DNA of 63,316 bases, filler included, from Octopus bimaculoides (Eukaryota): NCBI RefSeq assembly GCF_001194135.2. It is 2 parts of 2 records of this genome, joined end to end, with 100 filler letters (N's around TTAATTAATTAA, not from the genome) between each part and the next. Parts side by side here need not be neighbours in the genome. Positions count along the whole stretch, not along the records: positions 1 to 31,447 come from NC_068997.1; positions 31,548 to 63,316 come from NC_068988.1. One strand, 5' to 3'. Numbering within the stretch: position 1 is the stretch's first letter; the number at the start of each line of letters is the position of its first letter. Under the pieces are notes generated by a model. That model was given only the letters and a program-made list of their open reading frames with translations. It had not been told where the DNA came from and ran no database searches. Both the position numbers and the translations under genes were made by a program. Positions 25,556 to 38,113 of the stretch are shown here, in pieces.

Positions 25556-27071
25556 ATTCGCGTGTCCGTGCATAAAGAGCATGTGTGTGCGTATTAGTAG
25601 TGTTCAGTTCCAAATAACAGCAGCTAAAGTCATGCACATGCAGAAAAATGCATATTATGAATAGATTCAAGCCGAGATGATGTATCTATAGTCCATTAAT
25701 GCAATCTGAATTTTACCTCATTGCTTTCGGAGCAATATAAAGATGAAGTTCATCTCGGCAATATTTGATACGAGTGACAAAAGAGACACGTGTATATTTG
25801 TGCAGTGATCTCAATGCCTCGCCCACTTTAACACCACTACTAGGTACTTTGGTTGTCTTTAATGGAGCCTACTCTGTTACAAGCAATCGTATCAGGTCTT
25901 CGGTTTGAAATATACTCCAGATAAACTTCAAGAGTTTGAGCTGATGTGGTGGGTAGTGATATTATTCATAACTTCAAGGCGTCACAAACTTGCCTGATGG
26001 CTTTCATTAGCTGTCTCCAACAGACTGTACCTAGTATAGGTCTATGGTCAAGGTAGGGATAGTAATCTTACTCATTTCGCCAGAACGTGACATTAGACGT
26101 ATTCCGGTTCATTCGGTTCCAGCTAAAAGTAGCTGGTACAGATCCCAGTCTCGGATTACGAATTTTCAATGAACATCTCTTAAAACACACGTTTACATTA
26201 AATGGTTGTTATGTCTCTTTAGCCTGGGATGACAAGTACGTACAGAAGGGCATCAATTTAAACACTGCTTGCTTATACTACACTCGTGGCACAGTGAGGC
26301 GCGCATTTGTGCTAATTATTTTTGAGTAAATACTTCCAAATTAATTTCTTCAGAGTTCAAACCTTCAGATAATTGTCCTTAATTGTAGACGTGTAATGTT
26401 TGAGTAAGCCCGTGTCACATTAGGTGGTATTTAGGGGCTTACACACGTCGGTGAAATTAATATATGGTGCACGGATGCTGGTAGTGCATGTTCGAGAGCT
26501 TAGGAATGTGTTGCAGATATCTTTCTCGACAGAGATCACCAGATGAATATAAGACGGTTTATCTTTTTTAGCGGAGATGGAGTTCTAGATTTGATTCGGA
26601 AGAGTTGTGGCATTTTAAAGATTCTGATAATGCCAGAGAAGAAAGGACACAAGAGACCAAGCATCTGATCCAACAATAATGGCACCATTAACCGTCTTTC
26701 TTCCAGGAGAGGTGGTGATGTTAATATGAGTCATAAATAAATGAGCTTTCTAACCCAATAATACTAATCCTCTTTCTAGACGGCTTCAGCACAGTTACCG
26801 ACATGGCCATTCAATCTGTTAAGAATAGTGACATATTAGGTAATGTATTATTAAATAAACTGTCTTGAAAAAAGAAAACGATCATTTGGTCAAAATTCGA
26901 GCGACTTTCATCTTAACTCATCTCCATCAGATTTGACCGGAGGTTTAAGAACGACACATCGGGGAGTCACTACACCGACTTGCTAGAAAGAATAATCTAA
27001 AAGTAAGTCTTCCAAGAAAGACAGATAAATGTTATTTTGGCTGATGCAAGTCGTACATATTACAAAAAGAT

Positions 27072-27230
27072 GGAGTGGCTGTGTGATAAGTAGCTTGCTA
27101 ACCAACCACAAGGTTCCGGGTTCAGTCCCACTGCGTGGCACCTTGGGCAAGTGTCTTCTACTATAGCCTCGGGCCGACCAAAGCCTTGTGAATGAATTTG
27201 GTAGACGGAAGCTGAAAGAAGCCTGTCGTA

Positions 27231-27311
<81 letters not shown>

Positions 27312-27535
27312 CTGTGTGTTTGTGTCTGTGTTTGTCCGCCCAACATCGCTTGACAACCGATGGTGATGTGTTTACGTCCCCGTAACCTAGCGGTTCGGCA
27401 AAAGAGACCGATAGAATAAGTACTAGACTTCCAAAGAATAAGTCCTGGGGTCGATTTGCTCGATTAAAGGCGGTGCTCCAGCATGGCCGCAGTCAAATGG
27501 CTGAAACAAGTAAAAGAGTAAAATAGTAAAGAGTA
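27072..27535 (+). mobile_element. SINE family A, full length, with central (TA)n and (TAAAAGAG)n tail
   Basis: Near-identical to 16637-17063. Confidence 0.93.
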
Positions 27536-27559
27536 GTCACGACTGGAAGATCTTTGATC

Positions 27560-27870
27560 TTCATCGCCAGGACTGACCCGGATGTTGAATAACAATAACT
27601 TCAATAACAACCACCGCCACCATAACAAAAGAAAAAGAGGAAGAAGAAAAGAAAGAAAAAGGACAAAGAAAAAGAAGAGTAACAACAGCAGTAACAACCA
27701 CACAGCAAGGATAGTGATCATGGCAAGTACATCAAAACCAGCAACAAAAACAACGAGAACGACAAGAATTGTCATCATCATCATCACCACCACCACCACC
27801 ACTACCACAGCAACAACAATAACAACAAGACCCACCATCGCCACAACCACAACAACTGCGACCACAAACT
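27560..27870. repeat. Low-complexity (CAA)/(CAC)/(CAT)/(GAA) trinucleotide field
   Basis: Direct reading. It gives low-complexity ORFs on both strands. Confidence 0.85.
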
Positions 27871-29573
27871 AGATTTTATTCAGTAGGTGCTCGGCGTTGG
27901 CCAGTCTTTCATAAAGAAGTGAAAGGCTCGATATATACACAGGCACACGCATAATTTCCCGCACAGGATTCCTAACAGTTTCCATCTCCCTTGTTCAACT
28001 GACAGCATCGTTCGACACTAGTCTAAAGTGCACAGACATTAATTTACTAACACGACAGTCTGTGGGATCAAATCAAAAGCAAAGTGTTTATGAAACTGAC
28101 TTCTTAATTCAGCAGACATTCCAGCAATTTTATGTTAAGAAACCAAAACATATTCTGAAGAATTAGAATATTTCCAATACATCCTGTGTAGAAAGATGTC
28201 GGTTTGGTTAAAGATCAAGGAAATAGGGTGTAATAGTTTGGGGTAGGATCATATTACTGCAATGAAAACTATACATAATTCTTCCCCACATGGCACCACG
28301 GTACACCATTATCGCTTTGCTTAACCAAAGATAGTTTAGTCAAATTAGATAATTTTGAAACAAATAAAAAGAAAACAAACACACAAAGAAGAAGAAAGGA
28401 AAGCAAAGCTTCTTTAGGAAAATAGCAGGTGCATGCAGCTCCTATTTTCGGAATAGATTTCCCAGCTAGCGAAAATTAGGCTTGGTTTTGATTCTTTTTT
28501 TTTTTTTTTAATGGAATAGTATTTTGGTACCGGGAATAGTATATTTTGAAATTTCCTTTAAGGACATATACATATATATATATATATATATATANNNNNN
28601 NNNNTCAGAACTGGTAGCAGATGGAACTAATAAAATATCGATTTTAAACAATAAGGGTTTTCAAGTTGAAATATTCTGATCAGTTTCATTTATATTTTTT
28701 AAAAAGAAAAGCTTTGGAGTAAATAAAATAGAGAAAAGTCTATTTGTAGAAAAAAGTTATTTTTTAAATATATTATTTTTTCGAAGGAGGAGGCACATGC
28801 CGTTAATTTGCATGAATTCAATCTTTTACTAGAAAAAAGGGGAAATTGTGTTCACCAAGAAGTTCTATATTTGAATAAATCAAGTAGAAAAATAAAACAA
28901 AAACAAAACGGTGAGTGGAGAATAAGTTAGGGGTAGTTGTTGGGTGGAGGATATTTGGTAGTTTTGACTAAAAAGGAATTTTACAGATTTCCTACTCGAC
29001 TACAATCTGATGTAGCCGGAGTAGGAATAACGGAATATTGCTTTTAGGGTGAATTTTATGAATTTAAATATAAGATTCGCCTTATGACTTTATGGTGTTG
29101 AAGAAAGAAATGCACTGAAGTCTCTAGTTGTGGCGAAAAGGTGATTTCGCTGCTATTTCTAACGAGTCTGTAATGACTGGCAGAATCTCTAGAGTGTCGG
29201 AAAAACAGCTTCGTGGTATTTTTCGTGGCTCTAAACATTCTGCGTTCATGTTACACCGAGGTCAACTTATCTCTAATCATTTCGAGATCAGATCGATAAG
29301 ACAAAATACCAGTTGAATACTTTGTGGTCGATTTAATCATTAATAAGAGAGTCTCTGAGACTACGACTGAGAATGCTGACGTCTTTTGTACCGGTTTGAC
29401 TTTAAGGACGGATGTTGGTGTAAACCCCAAGAGTGACCCAATAGATAAACCACCCCGATTATTATTAGCTTTGAAAATCACGTGTCTGTCACATGCTTGA
29501 AGTGAAATCGACAAAACAAATCGAGCACCCATAGAGACCATCCCTCAATGATCTTGATATAAATACTCCTGAA

Positions 29574-29813
29574 AGGACGGCGAGCTGGCAGGATTGTCAG
29601 CAGGACGGACAAAATGTTTATTGGCATTTCGTCCGTCCTCTTTTTCTGAGCTCAAATTCCTCCAAGGTCGACTTTGCCTTTCATTCTTACGTGGTTGATA
29701 AAATAAGTACAAGTACTCATTTATATAAAATAAGTACAAGTTGAGCACAAGAGTCGATGTTATCGACTTATACACTTCCTCCAAATGCTGGCGTTCTTCC
29801 AAAATTTGAAACT
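29574..29813 (+). mobile_element. SINE family B copy with a short internal tandem duplication (taaaataagtacaagt x2)
   Basis: ggcgagctggcagg...ctcaaattcctccaaggtcgactttgcctttca. Confidence 0.85.
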
Positions 29814-30231
29814 AACATAATTACCAGTCATACCATTCGGTCAATTGAATGAGTTAAAATTCTCCCACTGGGACATAGAAATAATATTGTTAGTATCTAG
29901 TTCCATCTCTTAGTTTCATATTTGTGTTTTTACTATCTTGTTCGATTTGTATAAAACCAATAATTGATCTCATTTTTGTGTTGGTAGTAAAATCAAGAGG
30001 CATTCTCTCTTACTTTCTCCATGCATCCCTCTCTCTCTCTCTCTTTAAGTCAATACTGCCATGTCGCTTATCCCTAAACTTTGAGTTGCTTAGATTCACT
30101 TCCGGTGAGAGTAGCCTTGATAATGGCAGGATAGTCACACTTCCGGCATTGAATGCATATCAATGAAACTAATATCATAAACATTAAACACTGGGAGTTC
30201 TGATATACATACATACAGACAGACGCACACG

Positions 30232-30264
<33 letters not shown>

Positions 30265-30585
30265 ACATACACACGCAGACAGACAGACAGATAGATAGAT
30301 AGATAGATAGATAGATAGGTATATGAATACATGTACACACAAGCGCGCGCGAATATAGGCATCTTTCCGAATACATTTAGTAAGAGACAGGGAGAAGGAA
30401 GTAACTGTGGATTACGTGTTTTCCTGCCAGGCAGGGTGTCGAAATCACGTCGATTGAAGAAAACTACTTTCCATGTCGACGGGAACGCAATGAATATTTT
30501 CTCTGCAGAATGTCTGAGACTAAAGTTGAAGCACATCCGTCCTACAAAGAAACGAAAATGTGTGCTCATGACTAGTAGGCAGTAG

Positions 30586-30664
<79 letters not shown>

Positions 30665-30677
30665 CTCTCTCTCTCTC

Positions 30678-30714
<37 letters not shown>

Positions 30715-31412
30715 CTATCTGTCTATCTGTCTGTCTATCCACCTATATACACATACACAGCACACACACATAGGTATAAGTATAAGCATATATATATAAA
30801 TATATACAGATGCATATATATATATACATACATACATACATACATATGTATGTATATATATATTTGATAGCTAAATAGATAAGTTCATATATATATAAAT
30901 ACACTGAAACACAGAAACAAGAACACACATGCACGTACCTACACACACACACGCACACATACATATATATATGTATGTATGTATGTACGTATTCATCTAT
31001 GTATGTATGTAAGTATATGCATACATATTAGCAAGTACGTATGTATATATGTGCGTATATGTAATATTCAAATCCATTTATTAAATGCTCAGATCAAAGT
31101 CAGAAATGGCTGAAGGCAAGCAACAGTAAGATGTCTGGAAGAGAAAGATGCGTTTTGCATATTTTAGGTTTAACACATACACGCACGCACACACATATGC
31201 AGGCAAATATATATACTAGTACGTCTTGTGTATATGCATGTATTTACCTATATGTGTATGTGCATACATGCAATTACTAAAATATGTACGGACAATACAT
31301 ATACGAGTATATACACACACGCGCCTAGTCTCACATACATGATTCTACATATATACATATATATAACGCGTTATATTTATAATACATGCATACATACATA
31401 CATACATACATA

Positions 31413-31447
<35 letters not shown>

Positions 31448-31547
31448 NNNNNNNNNNNNNNNNNNNNNNNNNNNNNNNNNNNNNNNNNNNNTTAATTAAT
31501 TAANNNNNNNNNNNNNNNNNNNNNNNNNNNNNNNNNNNNNNNNNNNN
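31448..31547. other. Artificial scaffold-join spacer: 44 N + TTAATTAATTAA + 44 N
   Basis: Exactly 100 bp and symmetric. The 12-mer puts stop codons in all six frames. Confidence 0.9.
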
Positions 31548-31730
31548 TTCGGGTCTTGTGCCTAGAGTAGAAAAGATTATATTTTTCTCCCCATAAACGC
31601 ATTCTATGGAGTGATGATGCTGGAGGAACGGTTTTGTTTACTCAAAATTGGTCAGTTGCTGGGATTTAAGCAGCAACTAAAAAGTTGTAATTCAAATCTT
31701 TAACGACTACTGTACGTGTCCCTGTGTGTG

Positions 31731-31767
<37 letters not shown>

Positions 31768-33183
31768 AAAAAACATATTTACTAACAAAAGTGCTATTAA
31801 ATCATCTTTAACATTTTAAAATCATTCTATCGCCCTAAAGAAATTCCTTACGCTCATACATATACACACACACACACTGGCACACCCGTACACACATACA
31901 TACACATACAAATACTCACACAAGCACACACACACACACACACACACATAGACTCAATGTGAGCGATATACATCTACAGAGAGTGAGACAAAGTATGGTA
32001 AATATATATATAGAAAGGGGAAAAGTTTAACACAAGGAAAGCGGAAAATGAAAAAGACACAGACAGAGAGATCTTTCCTGTTGCTGTCACAGATTTTGAA
32101 ATTTTAAAATTAAGTGAATATACTGATGTACTTTTCACGCTGAATCCGATTTTGTGATTAATTTATTTCAGAAAAATTTTAGAAAAATGTAACAGAGGTT
32201 TACAGTTTGATAAGAAAACAGGATTTGGAAGCTACCATTTTGTGAGTGACAGCGGTGAAAGTAAGCATTACAAGACGAAGTTTTAAACAAAATGAAAGCA
32301 ATTGTCTCATATGAAGAAATAGAGAGAATGGGAGAGACAGCATGTTTGAGAGATAATAAATATACAAAGNNNNNNNNNNNNNNNNNNNNNNNNNNNNNNN
32401 NNNNNNNNNNNNNNNNNNNNNNNNNNNNNNNNNNNNNNNNNNNNNNNNNNNNNNNNNNNNNNNNNNNNNNNNNNNNNNNNNNNNNNNNNNNNNNNNNNNN
32501 NNNNNNNNNNNNNNNNNNNNNNNNNNNNNNNNNNNNNNNNNNNNNNNNNNNNNNNNNNNNNNNNNNNNNNNNNNNNNNNNNNNNNNNNNNNNNNNNNNNN
32601 NNNNNNNNNNNNNNNNNNNNNNNNNNNNNNNNNNNNNNNNNNNNNNNNNNNNNNNNNNNNNNNNNNNNNNNNNNNNNNNNNNNNNNNNNNNNNNNNNNNN
32701 NNNNNNNTATATATATATATATATATACAAACTGTTTCCTTATAGGTAGGATCAACAAATAAAAGTACTCTATCCGTTGAGTGATAATTATCATTTAATA
32801 TGCACAATTTAAAGAAGAGCTTCTAAGAGTTTCATGCTTTAAGGTTATAATAAATTGACAGATTTATATACCAGATTGCTTGAAGATAAATGACATGTTA
32901 TATGCAAGTATATGTGCGTATACTATGTGTGTGTGTGTGTGTGTTTGTGTAAAAACACATACACATGCACACTCATATACGTATGAAAATTACACTTATC
33001 TAAACTCCGACTGTAAACCACTAATCTGTCTCCGATAAACGCAGAACAACTGTTGTTACCACGATTTTTACTAACATTTTCCAATTGCACGTTCATCTGG
33101 CTAGGGACAAATGTCAATGTTCATCACGTGATTTGATTGTGTGAACGTTTCTAATTAATAATTCGTCAAACATCAAACATCTA

Positions 33184-33253
<70 letters not shown>

Positions 33254-33254
<1 letters not shown>

Positions 33255-33551
33255 CCATGCTGGAGCACCGCTTTGAAGAAATTTAGTCAGACAAAATGAT
33301 TCCACTACTTATTTTTAAGTCTGGTACTTATTCTAGCAGTCTCTTTGTGAAACAATTACATTACAAGATGTAGACAGACACCGACTGTCAGCCAGTGAGG
33401 GGACAAACCCAAGCTTAAGGACACATACACACGCAAGTGTACGACGAGCTTCCACGCAATTTCCATCTACCAAATTTATTCACATGCCATTGGTTGGTGA
33501 GGAGCTATAGTGGAAGACACTTTCACAAGGTATCACATAGTCAGACTGAAC
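33254..33551 (-). mobile_element. SINE family A copy (degenerate)
   Basis: gccatgctggagcaccgc...ggtacttattcta...tttccatctaccaaat...gctatagtggaagacactt. Confidence 0.8.
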
Positions 33552-34807
33552 CATACATACACACACACANNNNNNNNNNNNNNNNNNNNNNNNNNNNNNN
33601 NNNNNNNNNNNNNNNNNNNNNNNNNNNNNNNNNNNNNNNNNNNNNNNNNNNNNNNNNNNNNNNNNNNNNNNNNNNNNNNNNNNNNNNNNNNNNNNNNNNN
33701 NNNNNNNNNNNNNNNNNNNNNNNNNNNNNNNNNNNNNNNNNNNNNNNNNNNNNNNNNNNNNNNNNNNNNNNNNNNNNNNNNNNNNNNNNNNNNNNNNNNN
33801 NNNNNNNNNNNNNNNNNNNNNNNNNNNNNNNNNNNNNNNNNNNNNNNNNNNNNNNNNNNNNNNNNNNNNNNNNNNNNNNNNNNNNNNNNNNNNNNNNNNN
33901 NNNNNNNNNNNNNNNNNNNNNNNNNNNNNNNNNNNNNNNNNNNNNNNNNNNNNNNNNNNNNNNNNNNNNNNNNNNNNNNNNNNNNNNNNNNNNNNNNNNN
34001 NNNNNNNNNNNNNNNNNNNNNNNNNNNNNNNNNNNNNNNNNNNNNNNNNNNNNNNNNNNNNNNNNNNNNNNNNNNNNNNNNNNNNNNNNNNNNNNNNNNN
34101 NNNNNNNNNNNNNNNNNNNNNNNNNNNNNNNNNNNNNNNNNNNNNNNNNNNNNNNNNNNNNNNNNNNNNNNNNNNNNNNNNNNNNNNNNNNNNNNNNNNN
34201 NNNNNNNNNNNNNNNNNNNNNNNNNNNNNNNNNNNNNNNNNNNNNNNNNNNNNNNCGTACTTCGTTATAAAGAACTTAATTATTACTCTGACGTAGCTAT
34301 TACGTAGTTCAGTCTTATTGGTCTGCTTCGTTTCTTTTTATAATGGGCAGTCATTCAGACAATTGAAATGACTTGATGACCTTTTCCCCTTCCCTTCCTC
34401 ACACATTACATTCTCTATTCTCTTAGCCCCTATTAGCCAGTATTATAGAAATCACAAAGTATTTATTTGCTCGCTTATTTATTGAATCCCTTATACAATC
34501 ATGTTTCATTGTTCTTTTTCTTAAACTAAAATATGTCTCCTGTTTACACCACTTCTTTTTCTCCCGCTCCCATTCCATTTTTTCTTCTTGCTCGGCATTT
34601 TTAGAATCTTTTAACTATCACACACGCGCGCAAGCACACAGACATCCACTTTATATCTTTTGTCTTCTCTTTCTCTTTCATTCTTCACGTCCCAACCATT
34701 GCTCTCTTTTCCCTTTCATTCTTCCTCTCTTCTTGAACCCCTATTATATCTCGTTTCTTGTAAGTCATTTATCTCCCACTTGGCTCTCTTTTTCCTCGCT
34801 CTCTTTC

Positions 34808-34888
<81 letters not shown>

Positions 34889-35350
34889 CTTCTAACCATG
34901 TTTCTCTCTTTCTTCTGTTTTATCTGTATCCCCGCTTTTATTAATTACTTCATGAAAAAACTCAAAAGGTTAGTGTTATTGTTGGCCATATATTATTATT
35001 TGATGGTCAATGTAGCCAGTGTTTCTGTAGTATTCATTTGTTTATGGGGACGATCCCCCTCGGAGACAAAATAAAGTAGTGATGGGAAAAGGATGGGATG
35101 AGATTTCCAGTCCTACTGCAGGTTATTTCCCTTCGCTTGCGACCTCGTGCCTAATAACTTTCAACATGGAAACAACTTAACAGTTTTAAATCTATTGCTC
35201 TTTAGAAATGATACTTTTATGTGTCTGTCATGAATAAAACTTTTATTTGTTGCGAGGTCAGTAGAGATGGGTAAAACATCACTAATAAAAATAGTGATGG
35301 AGGGTATGTAAGAAGAAGGCTTTCCACTAATTTTAGCTCACGGAGGCAGA

Positions 35351-35464
35351 ATGTCTTATAATGTCTAGTCCCACTAGTCTTGTCCCACTAGTCTAGTCCC
35401 CTTATAATGTCTAGTCCCACAAGTCTAGTCCCACAAGTCTAGTCCCTTTATAATGTCTAGTCCC
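35351..35464. repeat. Nested tandem repeat of (gtctagtccc) units punctuated by ttataat
   Basis: About 8 copies of gtct(a/t)gtccc, with ttataatgtctagtccc recurring three times. Confidence 0.85.
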
Positions 35465-36723
35465 GGCTTTAGTATGCCGGGCTTTGGCGTACTGCTTATT
35501 TTAATTATAATTTCGATCAATGGGAATAATAAAATACTTTATTAGATGCTTTCCATTCAATACAAAATATACACCGAAGAAGTATACCATGAATAATGTG
35601 AAACTGAGTAGAAACAGCGCTTTTGGTTTGGGCACTTTGTTACAAACCAAATTAGAATTTCTGGACACGAATGTCTGGACTTCATCTCACAATGCACTAA
35701 CTTAAACCACTTTGTTTCTCTATGTTCCCTTCCAATTCATCTTAAATATCTTGTTGTTGATTTTTAGTTCTAATGCAAACATATAAGGCGAGGCATATAA
35801 TTCTTCCGTGACTATCCTGTCTATAGTTCAGATACTTTATTTTGGACAATATTATTTAATATATCCTTTCTCTGTAAGACAGTAGAGGGTTATTTTGAGG
35901 GATATTCTGCTATAATTTCATTAGGTTGAGCGACAATGCTGTGTTTAACTTTATGTTCAATACTTTGAGTTTTCGATGTTCGAAGTGTGTCTGGACCGAT
36001 TTATGTTTGTATCCTTCTGAAATCGAAAAGGAAGAAGAAATAACCAATTTTGATTGGATCAATTGATAAAGGATTGAGTGTGGTCGACAAAGGTGTCATT
36101 GTAATTAGTAAACTGCAATTTATGAACTGAAATAGTCATTTGTTTAACGTTGTGTATTTTTGTTCTAGTCAATTTGCGTGATATCGAAGATAGTACAATC
36201 TAGTACAATCCTAGTACAATCCTTGTACCTAGTACAATCCGAAAAGCTTTTTAAGAGGATTAATGCCATTAATAAAGCTAAATATCTTATAATCTATATC
36301 GAGTTGCATACTGAATCAGTTTCACAGAAATGCCGGACATTTAGTGGACTGGAGTAAAGCCAAATCTTGTCTTGCCAATATTCCGTCCATGTCTCCGCCT
36401 CTGATGATTACCTAAGTAGTTTCTTCCACCAATTCTTCCATGACTAAAACGTCTTACAAATAGCTCATAAACGCTATCCTTCTTCTCAATACTTAGCCAT
36501 AGAAATTGGAAAACTCAAATGAAAATAATAAAACAGCAGGAAACAAATCACTGAGGCCTTGAATCTCTTGAAAGATGCACAAAATAACCTGAATAATTAT
36601 TTCTTTCAGACAACAGCATTTAAGATCTTTTATATATAACAGCAACCGAGAGTACGTCCAGAACTTTAGTCGCCTATGAAATTTGTGAACTTGGATCTTT
36701 CTGTTAATTCTGCCCTGATCCTG

Positions 36724-37170
36724 CTATCGATATCTATGATCAATACTACCGATATCTGTGAGCAACACCATCGATACCTGTGATCAATGCATCGATATCT
36801 GTGATCAATGTATCGATATCTGTGATCACTAACATTGATATCTATAAACAATAGCAACGATATTTATATTCAATACCATCGATACTTACAATCAATACTA
36901 TCGACGTTTATGAATAATACAATCAATAATTATGATTAATTGTTTCGATATTTATGATCAATACCGTCGATATATATGATCAACATTATCGGAATCTGTG
37001 ATCAGCATTATCGATACCTGTATCATTACCGTCGATATCTATGATCAATACCATCAATATCTGTAATAAATATCATCGATATCTATGATGATAACCGATA
37101 CCTATGATCAGCACCTCAATGTCTATGATCAATACCGTTGATATCTGTGATCAACATCATTGATATCAAT
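36724..37170. repeat. Degenerate 21-22 bp minisatellite (consensus ~ATCGATATCTGTGATCAATAC), about 20 units
   Basis: Periodic atcgatat...tgatcaa throughout. Confidence 0.9.
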
Positions 37171-37299
37171 GACTATTGAAACATCCTCTACACGCTTGAT
37201 CTATAAGAACTAGCAAATTTCCACAAATCCATTCCAGCCAGTTACTACGCCCAATGGTATCGCCTGCCCTCCTCCCCTCAAGCATTGTTGCCAAAGATG

Positions 37300-37527
37300 C
37301 CAAATTTATACTCCTTTATTAGAAGAGCGGATTGGCAAGATCTTAAAGAGTCGGGAAAATGTTTTATGGTATTTGCATCGGGTATTTCTGTTTTGGTTTC
37401 AAGTTGCGACGATATCAATGGTTTTATTGACCTCGGCTTCATGAAAGTTAAATTATAAAACACTGGGGTTGATGGTACCGGCTGATCCCGTTTCCTCTCA
37501 ACTGCCGGCCTTGAGCTTAAATACGAA

Positions 37528-37530
<3 letters not shown>
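37300..37530 (+). mobile_element. Old SINE family B copy followed by (ATT)n
   Basis: gcggattggcaag...actggggttgat...ctgccggccttgagcttaaa. Confidence 0.55.
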
Positions 37531-37607
<77 letters not shown>

Positions 37608-37914
37608 AGTCGCATTAGTAGTAGTAGATAGTTTGTAGATAATATTTAGAGTTTGCATGTATAGATATTGCGTAGATACCATTTACAATATGTACACTGT
37701 GCAGATATCATTTATACTATATCTCTATATACATATATTTTACAAAGCACTATAATTGAGATACATTAGGCATTTTGATTTCAAAGCTCGTTAGGTTTAA
37801 TGACTCTACAACCTTCCCCGCCGCCTCCATTGTCGATAAATTAAGTGTCATATATCAACTGCTGCCGATGTATTCCTTTCCTTCCTTTCTCTCCCACTGA
37901 TCCTTTATACTATA

Positions 37915-38113
37915 AGCAAAAGACCTGAAACTGCTGGGAGGGGGCAAGTCAACTGCATTGATCCTAGTGCTTGACTGCTACCTTTTATTTTTTCAACCCC
38001 GAAAGGATGAAAGGTAAAGTCGACTTCAGCAGAATTTGAACCCAGAAGTTAAAGACGGACGAAATACCGCCAAGAATTTTGTCTGGCGCTAACGATTCTA
38101 CTAGCTCGCCGCC
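37915..38113 (-). mobile_element. SINE family B copy
   Basis: ccccgaaaggatgaaaggtaaagtcgac...aatttgaacccag...gacggacgaaataccgc...ctagctcgccgcc. Confidence 0.85.

Noticed and set aside
26223-26293. Plus-strand exon candidate (AWDDKYVQKGINLNTACLYYTRGT)
   Set aside because: Plausible splice sites, but no compatible neighbouring exons or recognised homology.
25700-26830. Complex, moderately GC-richer sequence that may be decayed retroelement
   Set aside because: No frame gave a motif I could identify.
27464-27872. ORFs of 133 and 96 aa on opposite strands
   Set aside because: Pure trinucleotide low-complexity sequence that lacks stops by composition.
36724-37170. Periodic repeats as a CRISPR array (also 16421 and 45003)
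   Set aside because: Eukaryotic context and tandem units with no unique spacers.
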